From Octopus sinensis (taxonomy: Eukaryota), in NCBI RefSeq assembly GCF_006345805.1, contig NC_043000.1:130014001-130078000 (forward strand): 64,000 bases of DNA. The letters run 5' to 3'. This document shows, piece after piece, positions 1 to 13,347 of this stretch (positions are counted from its first letter, which is position 1; each line of letters opens with the position of its first letter). The position numbers were made by a program, and so were the translations under genes. The notes under the pieces are model-generated. The model did not search any database and was not told the DNA's origin. It was given only the letters and a program-made list of their open reading frames with translations.

Positions 1-176
1 TTAAATGATATTTCTCACAAAACTTTGACAACATATTCATACTACTTCCTTGGTTCGAAGTCGAATCGAAGTAATTCTTACGTACACAGTGTCAACGTTC
101 TGGTATCGATTTGTGTAATTCCTGAATTCCAAAAGAAAATTAATTTCTGAATATATTATTAATATCACCTCATTAG

Positions 177-299
177 CTTGCCAGCCTGTATTAAACCTGG
201 ATCTGTGGAAACGAAGATATTAAATCAAGCATTAAAGCAGCAAAAGAAATTCTATCAAGTTACTGATTGTATTTTCGCTGGTTTAGATCAATTTAACAG
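177..299 (+). CDS. Candidate internal coding exon (unknown protein)
   Basis: cattag|C...AACAG|gtatat; 123 nt, phase 2-2, open frame [40 protein letters not shown]. Splice sites only moderate; no recognised homology. Confidence 0.3.
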
Positions 300-430
300 G
301 TATATGATAAACATATACGTATATACATACATATACATACATACATATACATACATATACATACATACATACATACATATACATACATACATACATACAT
401 ATACATACATACATACATACATATACATAC

Positions 431-461
<31 letters not shown>

Positions 462-477
462 CATATATATACATACA

Positions 478-518
<41 letters not shown>

Positions 519-672
519 ACATATATATACATACATATATATATATATATATATACATACATATAATATATATATATATATATACATAGATATATCCTAT
601 ATATCCTATGCGTACATATACATGTTATCTACCTACCTATCTCTCTCTCTCCTTATATATATATATATATAA
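300..672. repeat. (TACA)n/(TA)n compound microsatellite
   Basis: Direct reading; source of the YIHT-type ORFs. Confidence 0.95.
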
Positions 673-835
673 GCATATATACACGAAAGATTTCGCAGTG
701 TACTGGCCAGTAATTTGATCTTAGATCATGAAAATTTAATCAATACTTTGATGGAATTTCACTGCTGTTCTAAAGCATGATTTAATACTTTTCTTCATTG
801 AGTCAGATTTAGTGTGAGATCGAAAAGGAATATAT

Positions 836-839
836 GTGA

Positions 840-893
<54 letters not shown>

Positions 894-1035
894 CCTATCT
901 ATATGTCTATCTACCTATTTATATGTCTATCTACCAATTTATATGTCTATCTACCTATCTATATGTCTATCTACCTATCTATAAGTCTATCTATCTATAT
1001 TTCTATCTATATGTCTATCTATCTATCTATATATG

Positions 1036-1068
<33 letters not shown>

Positions 1069-1300
1069 ATATCTATCTATCTATCTATCTATCTATGTCT
1101 ATCTATCTATGTCTATCTATCTATCTACCTACCTACTTACCTACCTACCTACCTACCTACCTACCTACCTACCTATCATATATTTGTCTATCATCTGCCT
1201 ATCTATCTATCATTTATCTGTCTATCATCTACCTGTCTGCCTGTCTGTTTGTCTATCATCTATCTATCTATCTATCTATCTGTCTGTCTCTACCTACCTA
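836..1300. repeat. (TATC)n/(TACC)n compound microsatellite
   Basis: Direct reading. Confidence 0.95.
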
Positions 1301-2039
1301 CTTAACTGTTCATGAATATTTGAATATATATATATATGAGTTTGTATGAATATATGACTGTAAATACACACACAACTTTCTATGAGTGAATTTTTCTGTC
1401 TGCCTGTTTCTACGTGTGCTGTCACATATTGCTGATGGAGAGAATAAATTATGTTTTCCTTTTCTAAATATCTAATCTCAGGTGTTGAATGCTATTTTCG
1501 TTAGCTGATTTTGTATTTTAAGCGCCCGCAGAGAATTTCATCGACGCCAGAAGCCATTTTATTTGATGTTAATAATAACATTGAGCCCCTATTTAGCGTA
1601 TTAATATGAACAATAAATGAAAATATTTCAATTTAAGATCGTATTTGCATATATAATTCTACGAGATTAATAGTTTGATTCACTGGTCGAGCCTCCAGTC
1701 GATAGAAAACAATACACGTGAGACTGAAGTTTGGTTTTCATAACATGAAATTTGATTGGAATACCACGAAACTCTATTTTAATAGACATTACTTTTAAGA
1801 ACAATATTTCATATTTAAATCAAATATTGAAACCACCTTCAAATAAAATGGAGAATTGTACCGGTTCTGTGTATACAAGTTACAAAGGTGTTTGTCTGCA
1901 AATATATATTTCCTATATGCAAAATCAAGCCTCAATACAGACTCAGATAAACATATACATATATATACAGATAGACATATACATACTTACATACATATAT
2001 GCATAAATACATACATACATGCATATATACATACAAATT

Positions 2040-2927
2040 TCTTCCTGGTCAACAAAAAGTTTCTAAAATGTATAGAGAAATTCGAAGGATTGCATTGGTT
2101 CAATGGTAGAACATCGGTTATGACCACAGATGCCAAATAATATCTACTATTTAATTCATGCCACCCAAGACACACCAAAACAATCATCCCCTTCAGCCTT
2201 GCAAGAAGGATATGCACAATAGTGTCAGAACAAAATACCAGAAGCTTTAGACTGAAAGAACTCAAAAATACCCTAATTGACAGACACTACCCAGTTCAAC
2301 TCATAGAGGATGGAATCAAACGTGCAACACAACTCGACATAGAAACCTTAAGAAAAGTTCAACACAGCAACACACCTTCCCCGAAAATACTGCTGTACAT
2401 ATTTACATGCAACCTCAAATTAAAGGAAATGTTAACATACATAAAATCATTAAAAGCTACAAACAACCGAAATCACTAAAAAAGATCCTCATAAAGGCAA
2501 AATTATTTTCTAAAATAACGGATGCAAAAGTTTAAAAATGTGGTAGACCTAAGTGTGCAACATGCCCAAATCTTCTAGAAGGATCAGAATTCCTCTTCAA
2601 AGAGGGACAAAAATTCAAAATCAAATCTGACTTTACTTGTGCTTCAGAAAACCTGATTTATGTCATAAGATTCTCGGGCTACCACCAAAACTACATAGGG
2701 TCCACGGAATTATCGCTCAGACGCAGCTGCACTCTGCATCGATTGCATTCCCAGAATACAGAATAATACCGTTTAGTGAACATATTGAGAAATTCTCAAA
2801 GCAAATGCTGCCACAATTTGTAGTCTTTCCATTCTATCAATGTGCCATTCGAACACCAACACAAGTTAGATTAAATAAGGAAACCTTCTTCATTGAAAAA
2901 TATAAGCCAAAACTTAACCATTTCTAA
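2040..2927 (+). mobile_element. Penelope-like element remnant (RT thumb + GIY-YIG endonuclease)
   Basis: Broken frames give YLLFNSCHPRHTKTIIPFSLARRICTIVSE, CGRPKCATCPNL, FTCASENLIYVI..YIGST and RLNKETFFIEKYKPKLN, typical of the PLE C-terminus; stops and frameshifts present. Confidence 0.85.
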
Positions 2928-3294
2928 CATTTTTCAATAAGGAAACTCACCTCATTGAAAAAATATAAAGCAAAGCCTAATCACTTGTAACATTCTATTT
3001 TTTCTAAACCAAATCATGTTAAATTAATCAAGCCTAGTCATTCCCAACATCTTTGATTATCTCCCTTATACCGGAAAAATTCTTGATTACCTTCCTCTAC
3101 CTGGAACTCCATATTTCACAACATAGCGAAGACATGACACTATATAGGGAAAGAAATTTGAAAAGAAAATACGAAACCGGCCATTTCTCCAAAAACTACA
3201 CGCAAAATTTTATAACATTTTTCTAACTTAACGATTTAAATATATTCTTTAACCATATAGCAGAAACCTTCTGTAGTTTTTCACTCTTTTCTTT

Positions 3295-3334
<40 letters not shown>

Positions 3335-3433
3335 GAGAAAATGTGTGTGAGAGAGAGGGAGAGAGAGAGAAGGGGAAAGAGGGAGGGATAGAGAGTGTGA
3401 GATCGTAACTATATTTTGATTTTCTATTTGCAG

Positions 3434-3484
3434 GAGTCACAAAGTGACTCAAAATCTAGTTTTGCAAATATCATAAATGCTGAG
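3434..3484 (+). CDS. Candidate 51-nt cassette exon
   Basis: ttttctatttgcag|GAGTCA...GCTGAG|gtaaga; strong acceptor and donor; only phase 0 is open (ESQSDSKSSFANIINAE). Confidence 0.35.
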
Positions 3485-3535
3485 GTAAGACACAGACAGA
3501 AAGGTATACACACATAGATATAAACTTATATGCTT

Positions 3536-3785
3536 TCCTTCTTTTATTTGTTTCACTCATTTGACTGCGGCCATTACTCAAACAAATCGCATTTAGTCGA
3601 CATATCGTCCCCAGGACTTATTCTTTGTAAGTCTAGTACTTATTCTATTACCAAATCCACTCACAAAGTTTTGGTCGGTCCGAAACTATAGTAGAAAAAA
3701 CTTGCCCAAGATGACAGAGTGTGTGAGTGAACCCGGAACCATGTAGTTAGTAAGCAAGCTACTTACTACACAGCCACTCCTGTGC

Positions 3786-3788
<3 letters not shown>
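3536..3788 (-). mobile_element. tRNA-derived SINE family A, internally deleted
   Basis: Matches head and tail of the full copies at 40503, 44181 and 63187. Confidence 0.85.
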
Positions 3789-3830
<42 letters not shown>

Positions 3831-3869
3831 CATATATATATATACATACATTCATACATATGAGAGTGA

Positions 3870-4790
3870 GAAGAAATTATACACGCTCTTGTCTTTTTGT
3901 GTATTTAGAAAAACGGTGGGATTAACAAGTACGTCATTTTTCTACACAGTTTCCTTCCTTTTCGATATACTTGGTCCAACGGTCCACAAGCTTTCGTATT
4001 CTCTCCAAGAAAAGGTTTTCCGTTGGTCGTGCACCGCTTCCTTCACATCTTCATCAGTAGAAAATCGACAACCTTGTAAACCATCTTTGAGCGGTCCAAA
4101 TATATGATAATCGGAAGGAGCGAGATCTCGGCTGTAGGCAGGGTGCTCAAGCACTTCAAAATCCAATTGATTAATGGTTTCAACAGTCTGGGTGGACGTG
4201 TGTAGGCGTGCATTGTCAAGCAACAACAAAATTTTCTTCGACAATACGCTTCGGCATTTGGCTTTAGTTTGTTGGCCAGCAAAGCACTGTATCTTGCACT
4301 GTTGATTGTACACACCTTTTCCAGGTAGCCTTGTAGTAGAGGCTCTTTTGAGTCTCATAAAGGGTTAGCATCACCGAATGCATCCTGAATTTCTTCGTCT
4401 CTGGCGAGCCAGTATGTCTCCACTCCTTACTCTGTCTTTTGCATTCTGCCTCATAATGATGGACCTACGTTTCATCGCCTGTGACTATTGTGCTTAAAAA
4501 TTTCTCTCCCTAATTGTTGTAGCGATTGAGTAAACGTTGGCTGACATAAAGACGTTTTTAGTTGTGCTCAGCAGTAAGCTCTCTTGGCACCCATCTGTAT
4601 GGAAGCCGAGCTCATCGTGAATGATCTCATAGGCAGAACCATTACTAATCTGCAGACAATGAGCTACCACAACTATAACTTACAGGCTCACCATTACCAT
4701 CTCTCGACTTTGATGAATCTTCCCATCAGTGGTGGAGGTTGACAGGACAATCAGTAAGTTGTCATAATAGAACTCAGAGTTTCAAATGCC
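3870..4790 (-). mobile_element. Mariner transposase remnant (DD34D-type)
   Basis: LLLLDNARLH...LEHPAYSRDLAPSDYHIFGPLKDGLQGCRFSTDEDVKEAVH (YSPDLAPSDY motif); upstream fragments resemble the HTH/linker (AYEIIHDELGF). Confidence 0.9.
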
Positions 4791-5084
4791 AGAGCTAAGA
4801 GCTACGATGCATTCTCATCGGGTATTAGGGCGATATACGCTATAAAAAACCTATTCTATGCATATTCTATACATATAGATAAATATCCATATACATATAC
4901 ATATGTATATACATATTCATATATATAAATATCCTCTATTTACCTCATATCAAGGTCTCATTCCTTTGTTGTCACTTTTAATTTTATATATATATACATA
5001 TATATATATATGTATAAGAATTTTTGCGTAATGAGATAAAAAAAACCAAGGCTGTGAAGATATTAGAGCATTTATAGATAGAAG

Positions 5085-5136
5085 GTCTTACAGCTGTTTC
5101 CAGGATGTTTATTAATTACATTCCTTCATCGTAGAC
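5085..5136 (-). ncRNA. Degenerate minimal type-I hammerhead-like motif (PLE terminus)
   Basis: Minus: GTCT acGATGA AGGAATGT-loop-ACATCCT g GAAAC agct GTA AGAC. Stems I-III pair, but core CT is replaced by AC. Confidence 0.55.
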
Positions 5137-5319
5137 GGTGTGAGAGGATGGTTAAATAATAGTTAATTTAGATAGGATACAAAATAGACAGTGAGGTAGA
5201 GGAAAGAAAATAGATGTAAGGTATGCAGGGATATTGAAGTTGTAGATCCCTTTTTAGGCAGAATGGTATATATGTAAGATTGGTATATATGTAAGATTCC
5301 ATATATATATATTACTGAC

Positions 5320-5397
5320 TTCTAAAGGATGATGATATCGCAAGATTTGCTCCTGCCCACGGCTCTCAGCGCTCCACTGCTCATAGTTGAAGCTGCT
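5320..5397. CDS. GC-rich candidate exon, strand ambiguous
   Basis: Minus 5395-5320: tcttacag|...GAA|gtcagt, SFNYEQWSAESRGQEQILRYHHPLE. Plus 5328-5397: tactgacttctaaag|...GCT|gtaaga, DDDIARFAPAHGSQRSTAHS* or MMISQDLLLPTALSAPLLIVEAA. Confidence 0.3.
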
Positions 5398-5496
5398 GTA
5401 AGATAATGCAATTGGTTACATAATTCATATTCCTATCTCATTCGTTAATTAATAACACGCTCTATACTCGCCTAACGGTCTATTCTAAAGCAGATC

Positions 5497-5498
5497 CG

Positions 5499-5590
<92 letters not shown>
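5497..5590. repeat. (TATC)n microsatellite
   Basis: Direct reading. Confidence 0.95.
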
Positions 5591-5591
<1 letters not shown>

Positions 5592-5666
5592 TTATATAAA
5601 TATAAAGTTCTATCAACTAGATATAGGAAGCCCTACGACTAAGCGAAATCGTTTCTCTCTCTCTCT

Positions 5667-5746
<80 letters not shown>

Positions 5747-6279
5747 ATGTATATATATATGTATGCATGTGTGTATGTATATATATGTATGCATGTGTGT
5801 GTATATATGTATATTTATGCACACATACAGAAATAGATAGATCGAGAGAGACCGACAAACAGAAAGAGATAGAGAGAGAGAGAGAAAGAGTGAGAGATAA
5901 ACAGAGCTGTTGCTGTGCGTATGCAAAAGTATATTTTCATTATTTCTATGCATCAATACCAGAGAGGTGAAACAGAACGCAGATAATAAATTTGGTTTCA
6001 TCAATTGATCAATTCACTTGTTAGAGGGCATTGATATTATTTATATGACACATGTAAAGATATTGATGTTCCTGAATCATGTACATCACACAAAGTGTCT
6101 GAATGCTATATGTTATACAAATCATTTCCAAATGACAACAATCAAAATATGTTGCCCGTGTTTATTGATCCAGTGTGTAAAATCTAGAAACATAACTTAT
6201 TGCAATCCTCTTTAGGAACCTTTAATGAGGTGGACTGGACAATATTTTGTATGAAGTGTCAGAATACAGTTATTCAAAG

Positions 6280-6313
<34 letters not shown>

Positions 6314-6589
6314 CGATAAGTAGGGCATATGCACATTCATACCAATGCGACAATGCCACGTCACTACTTCAATAGCTTTGAATGTGTGTGTATCGTGTGT
6401 GTGTGTGTGTGTGTATGCATGTGTGTGCATAAAGGCAACATTTTTCATGAAGTCTTTACAGCATTCGATTCTCTCGGAGATATATATATATATATATATA
6501 TATGCATGCATATATATATATATATATGTGTATGTATGTGTGTGTGTGTGTGCATGCATTTGTACACACACAAACACGCATCGTTTAAT

Positions 6590-6806
6590 TTGTTTCATTT
6601 CGTTGTAGTATGGCCATAGTAGAGCACATCCTTTAAAGATATAGTCGTACAAATCGACCGCAGTACTTATTTTTTGTAAGCCTAGTACTTATTCTATTGG
6701 TCTTTTTTGCCGAACCGCTAAGTAATGGGGACATAAACACACCAGCATCGGTTTTCAAGCGAAACTATAGTAGAAGACACCCACCCAAGGTACCACGCAG
6801 TGGGTG
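6590..6806 (-). mobile_element. SINE family A, partial
   Basis: gccgaaccgctaag...cacaccagcatcgg and ctatagtagaagacac blocks shared with full copies. Confidence 0.8.
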
Positions 6807-8083
6807 GCTACAAAAATTTTATAAACTGTCGAGAGAATGTAAACAAATTATGATTTGGAACATATAACAACATGGGACAGAAACTGTAATTTGAATGCCT
6901 GTAAAAGTATTCCAGTCCTTATATTTTACAATTCATTGAATAGAGCCCTGTACATCACCGTCCTGTAACACATTTTATAGTATGCAAAACCTAAAACGTT
7001 GCAAAGTAGTGTTGGTTCCGCCAGGATTTATAGTTAGAACGCATGAACTTAATATTGTATGACGTTTAGATTGGTACAATCTCTCGCTGTGTTTTCTTTT
7101 CACACTAACTTGAAAATGATCATCCGGTTTTTTCTCAATACACAAACAAGCTAAAACAGTATAGTTTAGGAGTAAATAAAGTAAGAGGTACTATTGAATG
7201 AATATGTAAAGAAAACATTGAAAACCTAACAGAATTTATAAACCTACCAGATAAAAAGAAAAACTAATATTTTCTTTAGGTAATGAACTAAGCAAGTGTA
7301 TGAAAAGGTAGGACGATGAGGATAGATTTAATGATGATAAGAATAGCGCCAGAAAGACGAAAACACCCAAAACATACCGTGGATCTATTGACTTAAAACG
7401 TTGCTAGTTGAAATTAGTAAAACAACAACCATCATGCCCAATATGTAACATATCTTTATAAAAAAGCTGTAAGAAATCTGGGAGGAGGCGAAAAGAGATA
7501 AGAAGAACCCGTTGTACACGGAAACTTGAGCGCTAAATCATTTCTATAGAGGACAACTGAGAAGCGACAAGAAAACACAGGAATGATTCTCAAAAGAACG
7601 TAAATGAATGTAATATGTAATTGATAGAAAGTAATTCCTGGCTGGATTGTTAGAGGCTACATTGTTAGAACCATCTAAGAATGTTTGGAGGCATACAGGC
7701 TACGTACTATCTATATGCGTTGCTTTGTGTATCAATCCATTAGAGATAAATGAGACTAAAATGTTATCTATGGAAGTAAAACACCCATGTATAATTAATT
7801 CGTATAAAATAAATTACTTTATAACTAAATATCAAACTTTACATTTTTCTCATAACAAAATAAAAAAAGATAGTCATTAAGAAATCCCAAGCATACAAAT
7901 AATCGCGATTAAGATATACATATAGAATCTATTTCAGGAATGGAAATATAGACTGTACATATGACAATAGAAGGATACATAAAAAGATAACAAATTGTTA
8001 CTAAAGATATTGTTTAGAAATGTATAAAACTCGATAAGAAAATAAACAAATCTGATACAGCTACGTAACACGTAAAAATATAT

Positions 8084-8317
8084 ATTTCTTTACTACCCAC
8101 AAGGGGCTAAACACAGAGGGGACAAACACGGACAGACAAACGGATTAAGTCGATTACATCGATCCCAGTGCGTAACTGGTACTTAATTTATCGACCCCGA
8201 AAGGATGAAAGGCAAAGTCGACCTCGGCGGAATTTGAACACAGAACGTAGCGGCAGGCGAAATACGGCTACGCATTTCGCCCGGCGTGCTAACGGTTCTG
8301 CCAGCTCGCCGCCTTAC
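8084..8317 (-). mobile_element. tRNA-derived SINE family B, full length, with TSD
   Basis: Head ggcggcgagctggcagaa, central gtcgactttgcctttcatcctttcggggtcgat; 15-bp TSD cacgtaaaaatatat at 8069-8083 and 8318-8332. Confidence 0.92.
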
Positions 8318-10109
8318 CACGTAAAAATATATCTTTACTTGACACATCATAAGTGTTTTGAATTATGAAGAACCAAAGAACTGTTTCAAACAGAAGAAAG
8401 TTAAGCTTTCGATAAAATTAAAAACTATGGAAGTTCTAAAACAGAAGTAGGGAACATACTTTTGGCTCTAAGGTTTAATTCCTTTCATCAACAAGACTGA
8501 TTCTTAGACGAGCCAACGATGGCGTTTTAATGCGATATATGGACTCCCTATCATTAACAGCTATGTCTACCTCATATCACACCTTACTGCCTTAAATATG
8601 ATAAGCCCTGCAAAAAATTGGGATGGACCTGGTTGCAATGACTTTGATCATACGTCTTCTCGATCAGAAGTGGACTGAGACAAATACAATAAAACCCATT
8701 CTGCCATTTATATTCAACTGGGAATCATACCATCACAATGTTGAGTGTATGAAACCAATGACAGTGCAATGAGATGATCAGTTGTATTATGCCATTATAA
8801 CCACTGTTCACTATTGCATCTGTCGGGAATATAACACTTTTGTGTTTTTCCGCCGGACTTCACATCAACACTTGCCCAAGGTGCTATTTTGAGGTACCGA
8901 AATGAAGGGTGATTTCAGGCATCTTTCACAGTTTGACTCCAAAGACGTTCTACATTATACCGAGGTATAAATAACCTAACTTTAGGTTTTTACCCCCATA
9001 CAAAAGCTACGGAATATCTACAAAAGCTCTCTGAATATCTACAAACCAGACACAAAGCGATGGTCTGGTTGGGTCAACTTGATCGAAGTTGACTTGGGAC
9101 TAACATGCTTTTAACATGGCAAAATGCCACACATGTTTGAAGTATTTGTTGATTAATCGGTCCTGTTGATTCATTGGTACTTTATTAACCCCTGCATAAC
9201 AAGAACAAGACCGGCGATATGAAAAGTGAAAAATATCGCCTGCATCACTTGCAGTCAGAAAGCAAAGGTACGTGGCAAAATACCACAATGCATTTTACGC
9301 ACCGTCCTGTGAATCTCGCCAATCCGAGAATCCAAAAGATGTAAAATCTTTCTATAGAAAAAAAGAACAAAAGAATGATAACATCACCAATTAATTGTGT
9401 TATTGATTCTATGAAGATTCTATACCCGAAATATGAAAATAAGGAACACTAGTAATATTAGTGTTGACAAGAACGAAAGATTTTCTGTGATCATTGATAC
9501 CCTTTAAAAGAGAAAACAAGACTGATAATGGTGACAAAACGATTCTGACAAACTGCTTAATTGTTTTATTGATCAAATAATTATGCAAGGGGTTAATTAA
9601 TCGGTTAAATTAGCTCACTGGTTGACTAATGATGATAAAATGATGGTGAAACAAGGCGTGTGTCTTTACTGACAAAATTACTCTTTCAAGATATAACATC
9701 GGTTTCGACACACGATCTTACATGAAAAGTCTTGGAAGCAAAATATGAAAACGAAATTCTTCAAACAGCTACGATTTAGAGATATAATGTTACAATAAAA
9801 AATAGTATAGAATTTGAGCCAACGAAGGAACTTCTACTTTTTGTTCGACTTCTTGAAAGATCAATTAAATTCCACTCAAATCGCGCTCAAGTAGTTTAAA
9901 CCATATAGTTTCTAAGATTAGATTGGCTGATGAAGTATTAAATATATTATGTCTGAATACCTCAGCCAAAATTTGTTAATTCTTCATTGCCTTGACATTC
10001 TTATATGACATGACCTAAAAGTAAAAATTAAGATTTTAGAAAAACTATTCTTTAAAATCTAAAGATATGGGTTTATGATATTAACATAAAGCCAGATTTA
10101 AACAGAACG

Positions 10110-10535
10110 AACGGCGGATTGCAGAAGTGTTATAAAGCCGGACAAAATGCATTGTGATATTTTACGTCCCTTTACATACTAACTTCGAATTCCATCAGGG
10201 TCAAATTCTATGTTTATTAAAATAAGAACTAGTCTTGCTCTACGTCGATTTGATAATTTGTTGCTTTCTCCAGCATTTGAAGCATTCAATCGATATTAGA
10301 AATCAAAGGTATAATTAAAGGCAGCGAACTGGCAGAAGCGGTAAAGCATCGAAAAAAATTACCTTGCGCTATATCTTCCAGTTCTTTGCGTTCTAGTTTC
10401 AATTCCCTCCGAGGTCAACTTTCATCGTTTCAGGATCAATAGAATAAGTACTGATCAAGTACAAGGGTCAATGTAATCGACTCCCCACCTGCCCTCAAAA
10501 TTTCTGACTGTAAGCCTAAATCTGAAACGATTATC
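10110..10535 (+). mobile_element. Two old, degenerate SINE-B copies
   Basis: ggcagcgaactggcagaa head at about 10320 with decayed central domain; fainter copy at 10110-10260. Confidence 0.6.
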
Positions 10536-13152
10536 ACTAGAGGATGCCGATTCGCAGGGACCACACCCGCACACAGAGCACACCATTCAACTAACAGCTT
10601 GGCATAACGTACATGTAGGTCTAAACCATCTTAGATAAGTGGATTATGGCATTTCAAGGCGTCTTTCAACAATGATGCGGCTGAACAGAACAGAATAGAA
10701 TAGCTGGTGGACGGCAAAAATGATTTTAAAGTAGGTACATTTCGAGTTATTTTACCAAGTTCATCTACTTTTTGCATTCAAATTGCATCAAGGTTCAATT
10801 TTTTTGTCATCCATCTTATATAAATATAATGTGTGTCAATTAAGGGTGCCACCGCGTGGTTACGAAATATATGCCATGGTATTTGCTTTGTGCAAGTCTT
10901 TTCTAACATTGGTCTTCTGTTGAGAATAGAAAAGTTGGGTACTCGGAAACTGTAAGTTTACCAAACTCGTCGCACCCCGCAACACATACATCTGTGTTTG
11001 TGTGTTTCTGTGTGTGTGTTGTGTGTGTGTGTGTGTGTGTGTGTACGTGTGTGCGTGAGAGAGAGAGAGGGGGGAGAGAGTTAATGAATGCTATTCTGTT
11101 TGTTAAAATATGTTGTGCAAAAGGATAAACATCACCGAAAATAAATGTTTTATAAGCGAAGTCCCTGGAGATATTTGTTCTGCTTTGAATTACAGTCGAT
11201 CCCTTAAAATGCAGGATATCTGTTTTCAATGACGATATTATGCACTAATTGTGTATACCAGTAAAATATAATAAATAAATAAATGAAATATACACTAGTT
11301 CAGTTAAATGAACAATTTCTCAACCGCAAATGTTTAACCCTATGCCGATGTAAGAAATCAATACTGCCATAATCGGAAGTCGTACTCTAGTGTTTGACTA
11401 TAAATGGAAAATAAAAACAGATTTCAAAGGAGTGTGAAACTTTAATCTTTTAATCTAACAACCATTGCCATCACACTGATATTAATCACTCAATAAAATA
11501 AGTTTAGGAATATTAAATAAAGTTTACACTCAATTCTTAATAAAATTATATTGTTACCTCAGGTAACAATATAGTTTAAGAGACTAATGTAAGAGCTTAT
11601 TGCCCGATCAAAGAAATACAGATATACAGCATATAAATTAATAATGTTTTCTTCGTATTAAATTCGAAAGTAAAAATTTAGCAGACGACATCAGTACCAG
11701 CGCATGAATATATACGATTGGCTTTGTTCCATAACGTCTGTTCATAAATATCATGCAATACTTCTTAGCCACAGGAGTATATAATTTAAGACATATTGAA
11801 AATTCATGAGTGTCATACGCTGAACGGAAATATGAAATAATTTCTTCTAATTTAATATAATTCAAAGATCGTGTGACCACGATATGTAGCCTGAAGTGAC
11901 TCAAAGCTGATCTAAAATGGCGACAATCTACTTTCATATCACATGATCTCATTATGCTAGGTTTTAGCCTTAAACAATTTTTACCGTAAAACAGGCTTGT
12001 TTACATGCACTGAATTACATAGTCACATACTCTATGGTGTAAAGTATATTTAAACTAATCATTATTAAGAATATGGCAAGAAATAATCTATTAGAAGAAA
12101 ATCATAATTCAGTTTAATTATTCATTCATCATTCGATTAGTGTGAGTGGATTATGGCATAGAAATATGTGGTAGGTGGTATTGATGAGTCTCTGTAGGCA
12201 ATCCCTAGGCAATTCTACAGCTCACTGAATCAAACGTGTACAGCCAAAATGTCTATTTTCATGTGAATAATTTCAGGCATAGTAGCCTGGTAGATCCCAT
12301 TTCTCTTACCAAATGATACGCGATTTTTAAAAATTTTATATTAAGAACTTCTACTTATATTTATAGCAAGATATCTAGATCCTACGCACTGGATAATTAA
12401 ATATCTTGGACTGAGGCGCAGTCCAGAACAGGATTGCCTGTAACAGGATCTGAACTACCAACTCCTAGACTTGTTGAAAGCTATATTATCTAATGAGCTG
12501 TCTGCACTTTTATCAACGCACAAACTGCCGGACTACCAAAAAATGCTCGGTAATTTCATTCTTGGTAGTGATGCTGTGTTACTGGCAAATGCTCTTAACA
12601 CTTGACGATCCATTTAACTCAGTTATAAAGATGTATAAAACAACGGCTCAGAAAATTATTACAGTGAGCTAAAGTAATGTATAACTAGCAAGTATTTCGC
12701 TAGAGTGCAAAATTAAATTCAGCTCCATCTGTTTGTATAGCTTGGGGATAAAATGCACGCCTACACAGATTTATTTGATCAACATTACATGAGAACAAAG
12801 TCAGCAATTATGTTTCGGAAGCCCAATGGGACTCATTACAGCCCAATATGTTGCAGCAGCTATTATAAAAATATATAACGAGAACCCTTATAATTGCATT
12901 TTATTAAAGCATTTTTCGAACCTAAACTAAACCTTCTAGTAAACAACTCAAAAAGATAATAATGGTTTCGAGGACACAAAGAGATATAATTATCGAAAAA
13001 ATATAACCGCAGGTATTTAGCAGCTAGACATACAACTCCATTATTTGTAACACAATGCAATGTCACCGTTCACGTAGATGTTTGTTCAATCCTGTTCAAA
13101 TTATCATACGTATTACTTATGAATAACATGAAAGTAAGATGTGATAACTGAA

Positions 13153-13222
13153 CACATGGCCACAGCTGGAACGCTTTCAACCTCAGATCTGTTCGATCAG
13201 AGCTGACCGGAGGCTAAATAAT
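13153..13222 (-). repeat. Short interspersed repeat family E
   Basis: Inverse of 13328-13405; related fragments at about 8600-8690 and 16025-16090. Confidence 0.6.
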
Positions 13223-13245
13223 TAGTTTCTCAGTTATTTTCTTAG

Positions 13246-13347
13246 TACCTTACGTGAATATATGACAGCTGAAGACATCTTGTTCATGCAGGAACTAGAA
13301 GAATATCAGCGATACTTGAATTGCTACCGTTGTTATTTTAGCACCAG
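13246..13347 (+). CDS. Candidate 102-nt symmetric exon
   Basis: ttattttcttag|T ACC...ACC AG|gtcaga; open frame TLREYMTAEDILFMQELEEYQRYLNCYRCYFSTR; donor lies inside a family-E repeat. Confidence 0.3.

Noticed and set aside
82-121. Further micro-exon candidates (82-121 -, 12454-12549 +, about 28070 +, about 29175-29210 -, about 29650 +)
   Set aside because: One splice site is weak or no phase-consistent chain exists; indistinguishable from noise.
5264-5297. 17-bp tandem duplication here and 24-bp tandem at about 58300-58350
   Set aside because: Ordinary slippage duplications.
9213-9240. 8-bp hairpin ggcgatat/atatcgcc, and 7-bp hairpins at about 3434 and 12407
   Set aside because: Stems this short are expected by chance in 64 kb.
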